From assembly GCA_025055835.1 (NCBI GenBank), contig JANWWR010000026.1, forward strand, positions 14,220 through 78,219: a DNA stretch of 64,000 nucleotides, given 5' to 3'. The notes below the pieces were generated by a model. That model had not been told where the DNA came from, made no database searches, and worked only from the letters and a program-made list of their open reading frames with translations. The position numbers and the translations under genes were made by a program. Source of the DNA: Gemmatales bacterium (lineage in GTDB: Bacteria; Planctomycetota; Planctomycetia; Gemmatales; HRBIN36). Shown here one piece after another: positions 17,151-27,108 of the stretch (position 1 is its first letter; the number at the start of each line of letters is the position of its first letter).

Positions 17151-19997
17151 TCAAACCTGCTCCAGCCAGGCACGAAGCCGACGCAGGCCCGTGACGACCT
17201 CGGTGCCGAGACGCACCCGCAAGACCCGCCGGCCCCGCTGACAAAGCACGGCGAAGTCGCCTCGAGCCTGGGCCTCCTTGAGCGTTCCGAAGGTGATCTG
17301 CTGACCGGGAATTGGAACATCCAAAGCATCTTCGCAGGACAGTTGCAGGAATACCCCGGTGTTCGGGCCGCCCTTGTGCAGTTGTCCGGTCGAGTGCAGG
17401 AAGCGCGGCCCGTAGCCGAGCGTCGTCGCCACCCGCTTCACGTTTCGGACATGATGCCGCATCGCCTGCAATTCGGCGTCGTAGTCTGGCCGCATCTCCA
17501 AAAACGCGCACACGGCGAAGTAGTCCCCAGGCCCGATCCGCTGAAGATGCGACCGGATCAAATCGGCGGCGCTGCGGCATGGGCGAAACGCCTCGGCGCC
17601 CGCGTCGTCGGAGTAAAACGCGATGCCGTTTTCGACCCACAGCGGTTCTGCGCTCGGGAGGCGTCCCGTTTCCGCGTAGGAGCGAAGGACTTTGCGAGCG
17701 GCTTCCTTGGACGCCTCGACATCGGGCTGATCGAACGGGTTCACGCCGAGAATGGCACCGGCAACAGCCGTGGCGATCTCCCAGCGGAAAAACTCCTGCG
17801 CGAGATTTCGCGAATCCGCCAGCCGGATCCGAACTATGGGATGCCCGGCACTTTCCAGGGCACGAAGGTGCTGCTCTTGGCTGCCGAAGTCGTCGCCCTC
17901 CAGGGCGATGGCCACGAACAGGCGGTCATCGCCATAGCACTCCGGCGGACCGAGCCGTTCGTCGGCGACGGGGACGAGACCGCGGCCGTTCTTGCCCGTG
18001 GATTCGGCGAGCAACTGCTCCAGCCAGAGCCCGAGGCTGGTGAGGCTCGCACTGATGACGAAGGTGGTTTTGTCCCTTCCCGCCCTGGCCCAGGTTCCGA
18101 GATACAAACCCAGGGCGACGCCAGGATTGATTGCCGGAGGCACGGCGGCGGCACAAGACCGGACCATGTGCAACGTCCGGTCCAAAAGGTCGGGTACATC
18201 TAGCCCCTGAATTGCTGCGGGCACCATGCCGAAATGGGACAAGGCCGAGAAGCGTCCGCCGATGCTTGGTTCGCCGTGGAAGATTCGTCGAAAACCTCGC
18301 TGTCGGGCCAGCCGTTCCAGATCCGTGCCGGGATCGGTGACGGCGGCGAAGTGCGGTCCCGGCTCACCCCCGGTCGCCTGTTCGACGCGATCCCAGAAGT
18401 AGTGCATGAGCATGTTCGATTCGACCGTCGTGCCGGACTTCGAGGAGACGAGGAACAGCGTATGGGACAGATCAAGACGGCTTTCCAGGTCAAGAATCTG
18501 GCCCGGCACCGTCGAATCGAGAACGTGAAGTTCGGGAAAGCCTGGCCGCGTGCCGAACGTCTGCCGAAGCACTTCGGGACACAGACTTGAACCGCCCATG
18601 CCGAGAACGACGGCCTGTTTCCACCCAGATCGGGTGACTTCCTCGGCTAGTTCTCTCCAAAGTGAAGCGTTCTGTCGCTGCTTCTCGACGATGCTCAACC
18701 AGCCGAGCCACCGACTTTCATCGTGGCCCGTCCACAACGAAGCGTCGCCAGCCCACAGACGACGCACGTTGCCGGCGATCCGCCACTGCTCCGCCACCTG
18801 ACCGACCGGCTCGGACCGAGGATCGGGTTGGAAGACCGCTGAATTCAGCCGGGTTCCAAGGATCGTCTGGCGTTTGCTCTCGATCGCGCCGAGAAGCTGA
18901 TCGAACGGATCGCAGAACTTCCGCACACCGTCCGGCAAAAGCGTCGCGGTCACTTCGGCCATTTCGATGCCGATCTCGCTCAAAGTCCCGAACAAGCGCC
19001 GGGCCTGATCAGCTTTTTCGTTCAGCCCTTTGGTGAGCGGTTCCACCGGGGCGCACTCGTCTTGAAGCGCCTGGTAGGTTTCCTCGGGCACCGTGTTGAC
19101 TGTTCCCGGGGCAACGAGATGGTCCACATACAGCGTGCGGGGATAGCGAGGATTCTTCGTGCTGGTGCTGGCCCACAGCAACCGCTGGGGTCGAGCGCCG
19201 TGCCGAACCAGGTTCTGCCACCGCTCCGAGGCGAAGATGGCCTGATATTTTTCGAAGGCCAGTACGGCATTGGCGATAGCGGCCCGGCCCCGCAAATCTA
19301 AGAGCCGTTCTCGGTCCTCGGCGGTTTTCGCGGACTGGGCAAGTTTTTCGAGACGCTCGTCTACGAGTGTGTCGATCCGGCTGACGAAGAAACTGGCGAC
19401 GCTGGCGATGGTGCGAAGATCGCGGCCCTGGCGTTGGGCTGCTTCCAGCCCGGCAATGTAGCTCCAGGCGACCTGCTCGTAGATTTCGACGGCAAACAGC
19501 AGCGTGACATTGACGCTGATGCCTTCTCCAATCAGTTGACGAATTGCCGGGATTCCCTGAGGCGTGGCCGGGACTTTGATCAACAGATTGGGACGCTGGA
19601 CCATTTGCCACAGCCGTCGTGCTTCGGCCACCGTCCCTTCGGTGTCGTGGGCCAGGTAAGGCGAAACTTCCAGGCTGACGAAACCATCTCGGCCTTCGGT
19701 GCGGTCGTAGATCGGTCGGAGGATGTCGGCGGCGTCTTGGATGTCCTTGCACGCCAGGGTTTCGTAGATGGCCAGGGAGTCAAAACCGGCTCGGACGAGA
19801 TCAGCGATCTGTGAATCGTAGTCTGCTCCGCTGGTGACGGCTTTGCAGAAGATGGCCGGGTTGGACGTCAGACCTTTCAGACCGTCCTCGTGAACCATTC
19901 GGGCCAGGCGGCCGGAGGCGATCAGCGACCGGCTGATGTTGTCGTACCAGATGCTCTGGCCGAATTCATCGTGAAGCTGGCGAATGCGGGTGGTCAT
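17151..19997 (-). CDS. tal-pgi: Bifunctional transaldolase / glucose-6-phosphate isomerase fusion
   Basis: N-terminal half: MTTRIRQLHDEFGQSIWYDNISR...NLLIKVPAT (transaldolase Schiff-base Lys region). C-terminal half: PGI signature IGGRFSALS. Start set at ATG 19997 (AGGAG upstream). The ORF extension to 20294 is Arg/Pro-rich junk. Confidence 0.9.
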   Translation of the reverse strand: MTTRIRQLHDEFGQSIWYDNISRSLIASGRLARMVHEDGLKGLTSNPAIFCKAVTSGADYDSQIADLVRAGFDSLAIYETLACKDIQDAADILRPIYDRTEGRDGFVSLEVSPYLAHDTEGTVAEARRLWQMVQRPNLLIKVPATPQGIPAIRQLIGEGISVNVTLLFAVEIYEQVAWSYIAGLEAAQRQGRDLRTIASVASFFVSRIDTLVDERLEKLAQSAKTAEDRERLLDLRGRAAIANAVLAFEKYQAIFASERWQNLVRHGARPQRLLWASTSTKNPRYPRTLYVDHLVAPGTVNTVPEETYQALQDECAPVEPLTKGLNEKADQARRLFGTLSEIGIEMAEVTATLLPDGVRKFCDPFDQLLGAIESKRQTILGTRLNSAVFQPDPRSEPVGQVAEQWRIAGNVRRLWAGDASLWTGHDESRWLGWLSIVEKQRQNASLWRELAEEVTRSGWKQAVVLGMGGSSLCPEVLRQTFGTRPGFPELHVLDSTVPGQILDLESRLDLSHTLFLVSSKSGTTVESNMLMHYFWDRVEQATGGEPGPHFAAVTDPGTDLERLARQRGFRRIFHGEPSIGGRFSALSHFGMVPAAIQGLDVPDLLDRTLHMVRSCAAAVPPAINPGVALGLYLGTWARAGRDKTTFVISASLTSLGLWLEQLLAESTGKNGRGLVPVADERLGPPECYGDDRLFVAIALEGDDFGSQEQHLRALESAGHPIVRIRLADSRNLAQEFFRWEIATAVAGAILGVNPFDQPDVEASKEAARKVLRSYAETGRLPSAEPLWVENGIAFYSDDAGAEAFRPCRSAADLIRSHLQRIGPGDYFAVCAFLEMRPDYDAELQAMRHHVRNVKRVATTLGYGPRFLHSTGQLHKGGPNTGVFLQLSCEDALDVPIPGQQITFGTLKEAQARGDFAVLCQRGRRVLRVRLGTEVVTGLRRLRAWLEQV

Positions 19998-20080
19998 GGC
20001 TCCTGCCTCGTTGCCGCGAACAACGCAGTCAACATACGCTGCTCGGCGGCAACGGCAAAGCGGGAGCTGGGTTGGTCCCT

Positions 20081-21121
20081 TTATTCCGCGGATTCGCTGG
20101 ACTTGTCCAGGCCGTGCACGAGATTGGAGCCGCGGTCTGTGCGCAGATAGGTGTACCGATCTGAATAGGGCTGGACCTCCGGGGCATGCAGATACCGTCC
20201 CATGAGGTCCCATTTGCTCTCGATGACCACCAGCCCTTGTCCGTCCGTGAACTTGACAATGCCCGTGTGGGTCAGGGTCTGGTCGTGGGTCCAATAAGCG
20301 ATCACGTCACCCGGCTGAGGATCGGAGACTTCGTAGTAACCGTTCTCCTGAAGAATCCTCCAGGCATCGCTGCCGCGGATGTGGTAGCGGCCTCCGGTGA
20401 ACGTCCAACCATGACAGTTGTACCGGGAATTGGCAGGTTCGACGCGGATGACCTTGTTGAGGAATTCGGCCTCGACGTTCGCTGCTTCCCCGGCGAGCCA
20501 GTCCATTGGCTCATCGCAGGAGTAGAGGCTGATCGGCGTTCCCCGGTCCGTCTGCACCTCGCCGGCTGCCGTGCCCAGGTCGAAAATGCGTTCTCTCACC
20601 GGGATAAGTTCGTAGTGCTTGCGGTCCACGGGCGAAGGAGGCTCTTCCAACTGAAAAGCAAGGAGCAAGAGATTCGCCCCACCCGCGAGGAAGGTCAGGG
20701 CGGTCAAGGCTCCCGTTTGAAAAGCTGGCGAGTTCTGGCTTCGCTGATAAGCCGCTCCGATGCCAAGAAGAATGACGAGCTGCGCTCCCAGCAACACCAG
20801 CACACCAGCGTTCTCGGTCACCGCCGAGGCCGTCTCATGGGCAACCAGAAGCAGCGCGACCAGAACCAGCACCCAGGCGGCTGAGGACGTCCGAGACATC
20901 TGCCACAGCCGCGGCCAGATGACGCCGGTGACCCCCAGCGTCAGACAGGTCATGGCCGAAACGAGGATACCCGCCAGCGTCAGCCAGGAATTGCCAAAGC
21001 CCGTTGCCTGTTCCATAGCACCCCGCCGCACCTGTGAGATTGCCTCGCCGGCGCGCTGCGTCGCGCACTCCAGTACGATGAACTGCGCAGGTGTCGCGGA
21101 GTTGTGACATCTCATTGACAT
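20081..21121 (-). CDS. Polytopic membrane protein with C-terminal NlpC/P60-like (papain-fold Cys-His) domain
   Basis: About 4 TM helices, then NSRYNCHGWTF (Cys codon 20414-20416) ... PGDVIAYW ... LTHTGIV ... IESKW. This matches the order of the NlpC/P60 motifs DCSGF / GDLVFF / HVGIY. The start is uncertain (21121, 21115 or 21016). Confidence 0.5.
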   Translation of the reverse strand: MSMRCHNSATPAQFIVLECATQRAGEAISQVRRGAMEQATGFGNSWLTLAGILVSAMTCLTLGVTGVIWPRLWQMSRTSSAAWVLVLVALLLVAHETASAVTENAGVLVLLGAQLVILLGIGAAYQRSQNSPAFQTGALTALTFLAGGANLLLLAFQLEEPPSPVDRKHYELIPVRERIFDLGTAAGEVQTDRGTPISLYSCDEPMDWLAGEAANVEAEFLNKVIRVEPANSRYNCHGWTFTGGRYHIRGSDAWRILQENGYYEVSDPQPGDVIAYWTHDQTLTHTGIVKFTDGQGLVVIESKWDLMGRYLHAPEVQPYSDRYTYLRTDRGSNLVHGLDKSSESAE

Positions 21122-21165
21122 TTAACCGCTCATGAGCAGGAAACGCCTCATGAATGAAACGGCGG

Positions 21166-22929
21166 TTAATAACCGAGCGGTTGAATCTGATCGAAGCCCT
21201 GAAACTCGTGGCAAACCGTGACGGACCAGACGGCGACGGGATGACCGGCAACTTCATGAACGACGTAGCGAGTTGGCTCAATTCGACCGAAGGCTCCATG
21301 CGCCGTCGGGACGAGGTCGCCGACGCAAATCATCGTCCGACCCCGAAAGGCCTCGGGATCCCAGACTGGATTAGGTCTCCAGAAGTCATACTGGCTCAGC
21401 CGCCCCCCGTTGGCCGAGCCGATGGAATAGACCTGCGGATGGTCCGGCAGGTAGAAGGCGATCTCGCCCGGCAAGGCCCAGCCGCCAGCGATCAGGACCG
21501 GTTCGATGCCTTCCTTGCGAAGCTGACCCCGCAGGGCATCGACCTCGGCGGCGAGCGTTCGCCATCCGCGAAGACGGCAGGTCGGATCCCAGCGGCGTGG
21601 TCCCAGGGAGACCGCATCCGGCCCTGCACCTTGGATCGGCAGCAAGGGGTAAAGCCAATCCGTCCGGTGCATCAGAATGACGGCCGCCAGACCGATCACG
21701 GCAGCGGTGGCCAGCAGTCCCTGCGACAGCTTCCGCCACCAAGTCACTGGTGAACGGCAATTCGCCAACACCCATCCCGCTGCCAGTACGCCCCCGGAGA
21801 GGTAAGCCGTCACGGGCCAGTTCAGTTCGATCTTGGTCTTGAGGCTGAAGGCGAAGAACACAACAAACGTCGGCACAAAGAAGCTGAGCAGAAATACGGC
21901 TTGGTCGGTGGCGATCCAGGATGCTTTTGGGATTGCCTTGGAGTCCTGGGCATCGGATGTGAAGGCTGGGAGCGATTCCCGGTCGCGTCTCGAGGGCACG
22001 ATTTTCCAAGCGGCGGCCAGCACGGACCCGAGGATGAAAATGAACCAGAAGCCGAACAACGCTCCGAATTGCCCAGCCAGGTAATGCAACGGGCCGAGCC
22101 AAATAACACCTCCGCCCTGGACTCCCGCCTGTCGGCCGACATGCAGCAGCGTCACCCAGCCGTGGTTCGCATTCCAGATGACGATCGGCGCAAGGCACAC
22201 GACAACCGGACACGCCAAGGAAACCAAATCCCGAGGCGTGCTTGGCAGTCGAACGTGTTGTAGCCCGAGAAAACGGCATGAGATGGCGAACAGAAGCAAC
22301 GAAGGAATGGAAAGCACCATCGTGTACTTGAACAGGATGCCCAGCCCGATCAGGCAACCGAGGGCGAACCAAAGCAGGGTCAGGTCTCGGAGGGACCGTC
22401 TGGGGCCGGGGAAGCAGGCAACATGGGTTGCGACCAAGGCCCACATCCAGCAGCAGACAAACGGCGGGTCAATGGTCATAAGCAAGGAGCCGACTGCCAG
22501 CGGAGGGATCGTCAGGGCCAGCATCATCGCGGCAAGAGCCAATCGACCGTCGCGATACACCCGTCGAGTCAAGTCGAACAGCCCGATCAGGGTCAAGCTG
22601 CCGCACAGGACGGCGGGCAACCGCACGGCCCACATCTCGTGGCCGAAAAGCCCGGTGCTGGCAGCGATCAGCCAAGCCACCCCGGGGCCTTTGCTGTAGT
22701 AGCTCCAATCCAGATGCCGAGACCAGTCCCAGTAATGGGCTTCATCGGGAGCCAGATCATACGGGCAGGCGTACCGCAGATAGAGGATGCGAAATATCGC
22801 CACGGTCAGGGCCACGCCCCAGGCTGCCAGCTGCCAGGATCGCTCCGAGGGTGCGTTCTCCAAGAGGGAACGGGTTGGACTGAGGGACGCAAAGACGTTT
22901 GCCGACGTTGGGACGCGAACGGGTATCAT
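21166..22929 (-). CDS. Glycosyltransferase family 39 (ArnT/PMT-like), polytopic membrane protein
   Basis: YLRYACPYDLAPDEAHYWDWSRHLDWSYYSKGPGVAWLIA plus many TM segments. It is a paralogue-type of the 3988-5733 gene. Confidence 0.85.
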   Translation of the reverse strand: MIPVRVPTSANVFASLSPTRSLLENAPSERSWQLAAWGVALTVAIFRILYLRYACPYDLAPDEAHYWDWSRHLDWSYYSKGPGVAWLIAASTGLFGHEMWAVRLPAVLCGSLTLIGLFDLTRRVYRDGRLALAAMMLALTIPPLAVGSLLMTIDPPFVCCWMWALVATHVACFPGPRRSLRDLTLLWFALGCLIGLGILFKYTMVLSIPSLLLFAISCRFLGLQHVRLPSTPRDLVSLACPVVVCLAPIVIWNANHGWVTLLHVGRQAGVQGGGVIWLGPLHYLAGQFGALFGFWFIFILGSVLAAAWKIVPSRRDRESLPAFTSDAQDSKAIPKASWIATDQAVFLLSFFVPTFVVFFAFSLKTKIELNWPVTAYLSGGVLAAGWVLANCRSPVTWWRKLSQGLLATAAVIGLAAVILMHRTDWLYPLLPIQGAGPDAVSLGPRRWDPTCRLRGWRTLAAEVDALRGQLRKEGIEPVLIAGGWALPGEIAFYLPDHPQVYSIGSANGGRLSQYDFWRPNPVWDPEAFRGRTMICVGDLVPTAHGAFGRIEPTRYVVHEVAGHPVAVWSVTVCHEFQGFDQIQPLGY

Positions 22930-23020
22930 GCTCGGCCTCCCTGCCGATCCGAGGTGATGTCACGGGCACTCGTCGGAAGTTTCGCAAAAGCCTGGGGAGC
23001 GGAGCAAGATCAACAGGCCG

Positions 23021-23632
23021 TCAGCGGCGACGGAGCAACACCGACCAGGCCAGCGGACGCACTGGCTGACCGCCGATCACCACGCCGTCGAAGTGGAATT
23101 CCCGCATCTGCACGATATCGAACAGCGGGCACAACTCGGACACGATTTGTTGAGCAGACACTCGCGGCGGACCGTTTTCTGGCGGCTGCGGATCATTGGC
23201 ATTCCCGGCCAAGGTCAGATAGTAGCTTCCCGGTTGCGTGTATTTGGCCAGGGCCTGCTGGAACCGGGCCAGGTCCACGGTTCGCAGATGATGATAAACG
23301 CCGCGGTCGAAAACGAATTGAAACGGTCCTCCGAGATCGGGCAGTTGCAGCACGTCGGCGACAACGAAGCGGACGCTGACGCCGACCTGTTCGGCCTTCC
23401 TGCGGGCCTGTTCGATGGCCAGCGGGGCCAGATCGCACGCCGTGACCTGAAACCCCTGCCGGGCCAGCCAGATGGCATTCGTTCCCGTACCGCAGCCGAT
23501 CTCGAGCATGGGGCACGGCTTAAACCATCCTTCGGAGAACACCCGCTGCAACTCCTTCGACGGAACGCCGCTGTCCCAGGGAGTATTCTTGTCGGCGTAG
23601 CGTTGGTTCCAATCCATCGGTTCGTGTGGCAT
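23021..23632 (-). CDS. Class I SAM-dependent methyltransferase (TPMT/TehB-like)
   Basis: MPHEPMDWNQRYADKNTPWD...MLEIGCGTGTNAIWLARQGFQVTACDLAPLAIEQARRKA...FVFDRGVYHHL. ATG at 23632. The longer ORF to 24232 is antisense noise over the next gene. Confidence 0.85.
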   Translation of the reverse strand: MPHEPMDWNQRYADKNTPWDSGVPSKELQRVFSEGWFKPCPMLEIGCGTGTNAIWLARQGFQVTACDLAPLAIEQARRKAEQVGVSVRFVVADVLQLPDLGGPFQFVFDRGVYHHLRTVDLARFQQALAKYTQPGSYYLTLAGNANDPQPPENGPPRVSAQQIVSELCPLFDIVQMREFHFDGVVIGGQPVRPLAWSVLLRRR

Positions 23633-23646
23633 CGGAGTCTCCCGCG

Positions 23647-24383
23647 TCAGTGACCCAGAATTTCCCGTTCGGCGGCGACCAGAACTTCGAAGGTTTCTTC
23701 CGGCGTGTCGGCGGAGCGGAGTTCGTCGAGCATCGTCGGTCGCAACAGCATCCGCGACAACCGGGCCAGGGTTCGCAGATGGCTGCGGTCGTCCTTGGCA
23801 CACACAAGGAAGAAAATGTCCGTCAGGATACCGCGTGGACCGCCGAACGGTATTCCGCCCAAGGACCGGCCGTAGGCCACCACGGTTTCCCCGACGGCGT
23901 TGGGCAGTGGTCGGTGCGGGTGGGGCAAGGCGACGCCGCTTTCCAGAGCAGTGCTGGCCATCTCCTCCCGCTGCTTCAACGCTTCGAGGATGGCCTCCGG
24001 ATCGTACACCTGCCAGGACTTCTCCGCGGTTGCCACCAGTTCCTGCAAGACGCTGGCCTTGGTGCGGGCCTGAAGCGGCACGGCGATGCACTCCCGCGGC
24101 ATAAGCGTGCCGATGATGTGCTCCGGTTCGTCGCCGCCGGGCCTGCCTTCCAGGGTGGCCAATTGCTCTTCCGTGAAGGCGTGCATCTGCTTTTCGACCC
24201 ACTGATTGATCTCGGCCCGCGAGAATCGCCACTGCCCACCGACCTTGCGGCCCGGGATATAGCCGCGGTTGGCCAGATGGGCCAATTCCCGCACGTCCCG
24301 CTGGAGATAGCGGGCCAGTTGTTCGAGATCCATCGAGTCCGGGTCCATACCTGGTACCAGCCTCGCGCCGCCCGGAAATCGAA

Positions 24384-24387
<4 letters not shown>
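23647..24387 (-). CDS. HTH (excisionase/MerR-like) fused to PTS EIIA type-2 (PtsN-like) domain
   Basis: LEQLARYLQRDVRELAHLANRGYIPGRKVGGQWRFSRAEINQWVE (HTH), then an EIIA-2 domain with the conserved His region ESGVALPHPH and FFLVCAKDDRSHLRTLARLSRML. GTG 24387 overlaps the argG stop (GTGA). ATG alternatives are at 24348 and 24333. Confidence 0.75.
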
Positions 24388-25640
<1,253 letters not shown>

Positions 25641-25748
25641 GCTCGCGTTCCCGCTCCAAAAAGCCGTCTTGATGCGCTTCGCCAACCTGGCGCGTCGTAA
25701 ACTCTTAGTGTATGCCCGGTCGGAAAGAGCGTACAAGGTGGCTGAATC

Positions 25749-26189
25749 ATGGACTTCGTCCTGCGAATTCCCCCCCGCGTTTATCGGGCGATGATTGCCC
25801 ACGCCCAGGCCGAATCGCCCAAGGAATGCGTGGGTTTCCTGGCCGGTACGTCCGAGGGCGTCGTCACCGAGCATTTGCCGCTGGTGAACCGCCTGGCCGA
25901 TCCGCGGCGATTCGAGTCCGAGGGGAAAAGCCAGTTAGCGGCGGAAAAACGTTGTCGGGAACTGGGCCTGCGAATCCTGGCCGTCTATCATTCCCACCCG
26001 ACGTCGCCGCCGATCCCCAGCCGCACCGACACCGATCCGGATGAAAACCTCTGGGTCGGTCAGCCGGTGGTCAGCCTCATCATTTCGCTCGCAGGTTTGG
26101 AACCCGAAGTGCAAGCCTGGTGGCTGGAACCGCATCGCTATCGACCCGCGGAATGGACAGTACTGCCGGAAGAGGAAGCCAGAAGTTAG
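25749..26189 (+). CDS. Stand-alone JAB1/MPN/Mov34 (JAMM) metalloprotease domain protein
   Basis: ESPKECVGFLAG (Glu) and the HSHPTSPPIPSRTD motif (H-x-H-x7-S-x2-D). 146 aa. Confidence 0.85.
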   Translation: MDFVLRIPPRVYRAMIAHAQAESPKECVGFLAGTSEGVVTEHLPLVNRLADPRRFESEGKSQLAAEKRCRELGLRILAVYHSHPTSPPIPSRTDTDPDENLWVGQPVVSLIISLAGLEPEVQAWWLEPHRYRPAEWTVLPEEEARS

Positions 26190-26338
26190 GGTGACGGGAC
26201 CGTTGTCGCAGGTGCATCGGCATGAGGAACCTATGAAAGGAATCGGGGTTCAAAACACTGGCCCCTCTCGTGGACGACAATCTGGCGGAAGCAGACAGAC
26301 TTGATTTCCAGCGGTCCGGTGGGGAAAGGCGGTGAGGC

Positions 26339-27088
26339 ATGGTGCGGTGGTCGTCGGTACTCTTTTTCATGGTGACTGGTATCGCCGGCCTCCTGAGTCT
26401 GGGCGGTCCGACTGCGTTGTGGGCGGTGGACAAGGCCGACGTGCCCCGTCTGATCAAGCAACTGAGCGACCGGGACGTGATCCTGCGGCGACAAGCGGCG
26501 GAGCTGTTGGGGAAACTGGGACCGGACGCGAAACCGGCCACCGAGGCGTTAATCAAGGCATTACAGGACAACGACGCCTTCGTCGTCCGCTTCGCCGCCA
26601 AGGCCCTGGGCGGTATCGGGCCGGACGCCAAACAAGCCATTCCGACGCTGGCCAGGCTGCTTCGCCACGAAAGCACGGAAATCAGCGACGCTGCTTCCGA
26701 GGCCCTTGGCAAGATGGGACCGGAAGCCGTGCAGCCGCTCATTGCGGCGTTGAAGGAGGACGACGTTTTCGTCAAACAGCAGGCCGTGCGGGCTTTGGGG
26801 AAGCTCGGTCCTGCCGCCGCTCCCGCGGTGCCGGAGTTGATCGAGAACTACAAGAGCTTGCCAATGCGTCCCGGCCTCGTTCGGCGCAATGTCAATGCCG
26901 CCGAGCTACGCATCGCCATCGTGAACACCCTCGGTGACATCGGACCCGGGGCCAAGGATGCCGTGCCCGTACTGCGGGAGACACTGAGCAATCAGCAGGT
27001 CCGCGACCGGGGTCTGCGGCAGGCCATCAATCAAGCCATTCGCAAAATTGAACGCCCTGTCCGGGCCAAGCCGGGACAGACGGGCTGA
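26339..27088 (+). CDS. Secreted or membrane-anchored HEAT-repeat protein
   Basis: N-terminal hydrophobic segment, then four ~31-aa repeats of the type D..VR..AA.ALGKLGP.A..A.P.LI.AL. Confidence 0.8.
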   Translation: MVRWSSVLFFMVTGIAGLLSLGGPTALWAVDKADVPRLIKQLSDRDVILRRQAAELLGKLGPDAKPATEALIKALQDNDAFVVRFAAKALGGIGPDAKQAIPTLARLLRHESTEISDAASEALGKMGPEAVQPLIAALKEDDVFVKQQAVRALGKLGPAAAPAVPELIENYKSLPMRPGLVRRNVNAAELRIAIVNTLGDIGPGAKDAVPVLRETLSNQQVRDRGLRQAINQAIRKIERPVRAKPGQTG

Positions 27089-27108
27089 CCGTGCCGGTTC
27101 CTTCTCTC

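Noticed and set aside
19998-20294. N-terminal 99-aa extension of the tal-pgi ORF, with similar 5' extensions at 23633-24232, 25641-25874, 28609-28761, 11379-12017, 3121-3330 and 32898-33041
   Set aside because: The extensions are Arg/Pro/Gly-rich, overlap neighbouring genes or repeats, and precede internal ATG/GTG codons. Those internal starts reproduce canonical N-termini (MTTRIRQL, MADTVILAYSGG, MICISI, MSTSTAP…) and usually have an SD-like motif.
25749-26189. JAMM protease as part of a bacterial ubiquitin-like conjugation or CBASS-type system
   Set aside because: No E1/E2-like, beta-grasp, cyclase or effector genes are adjacent. The flanking genes are argG and a HEAT-repeat protein.
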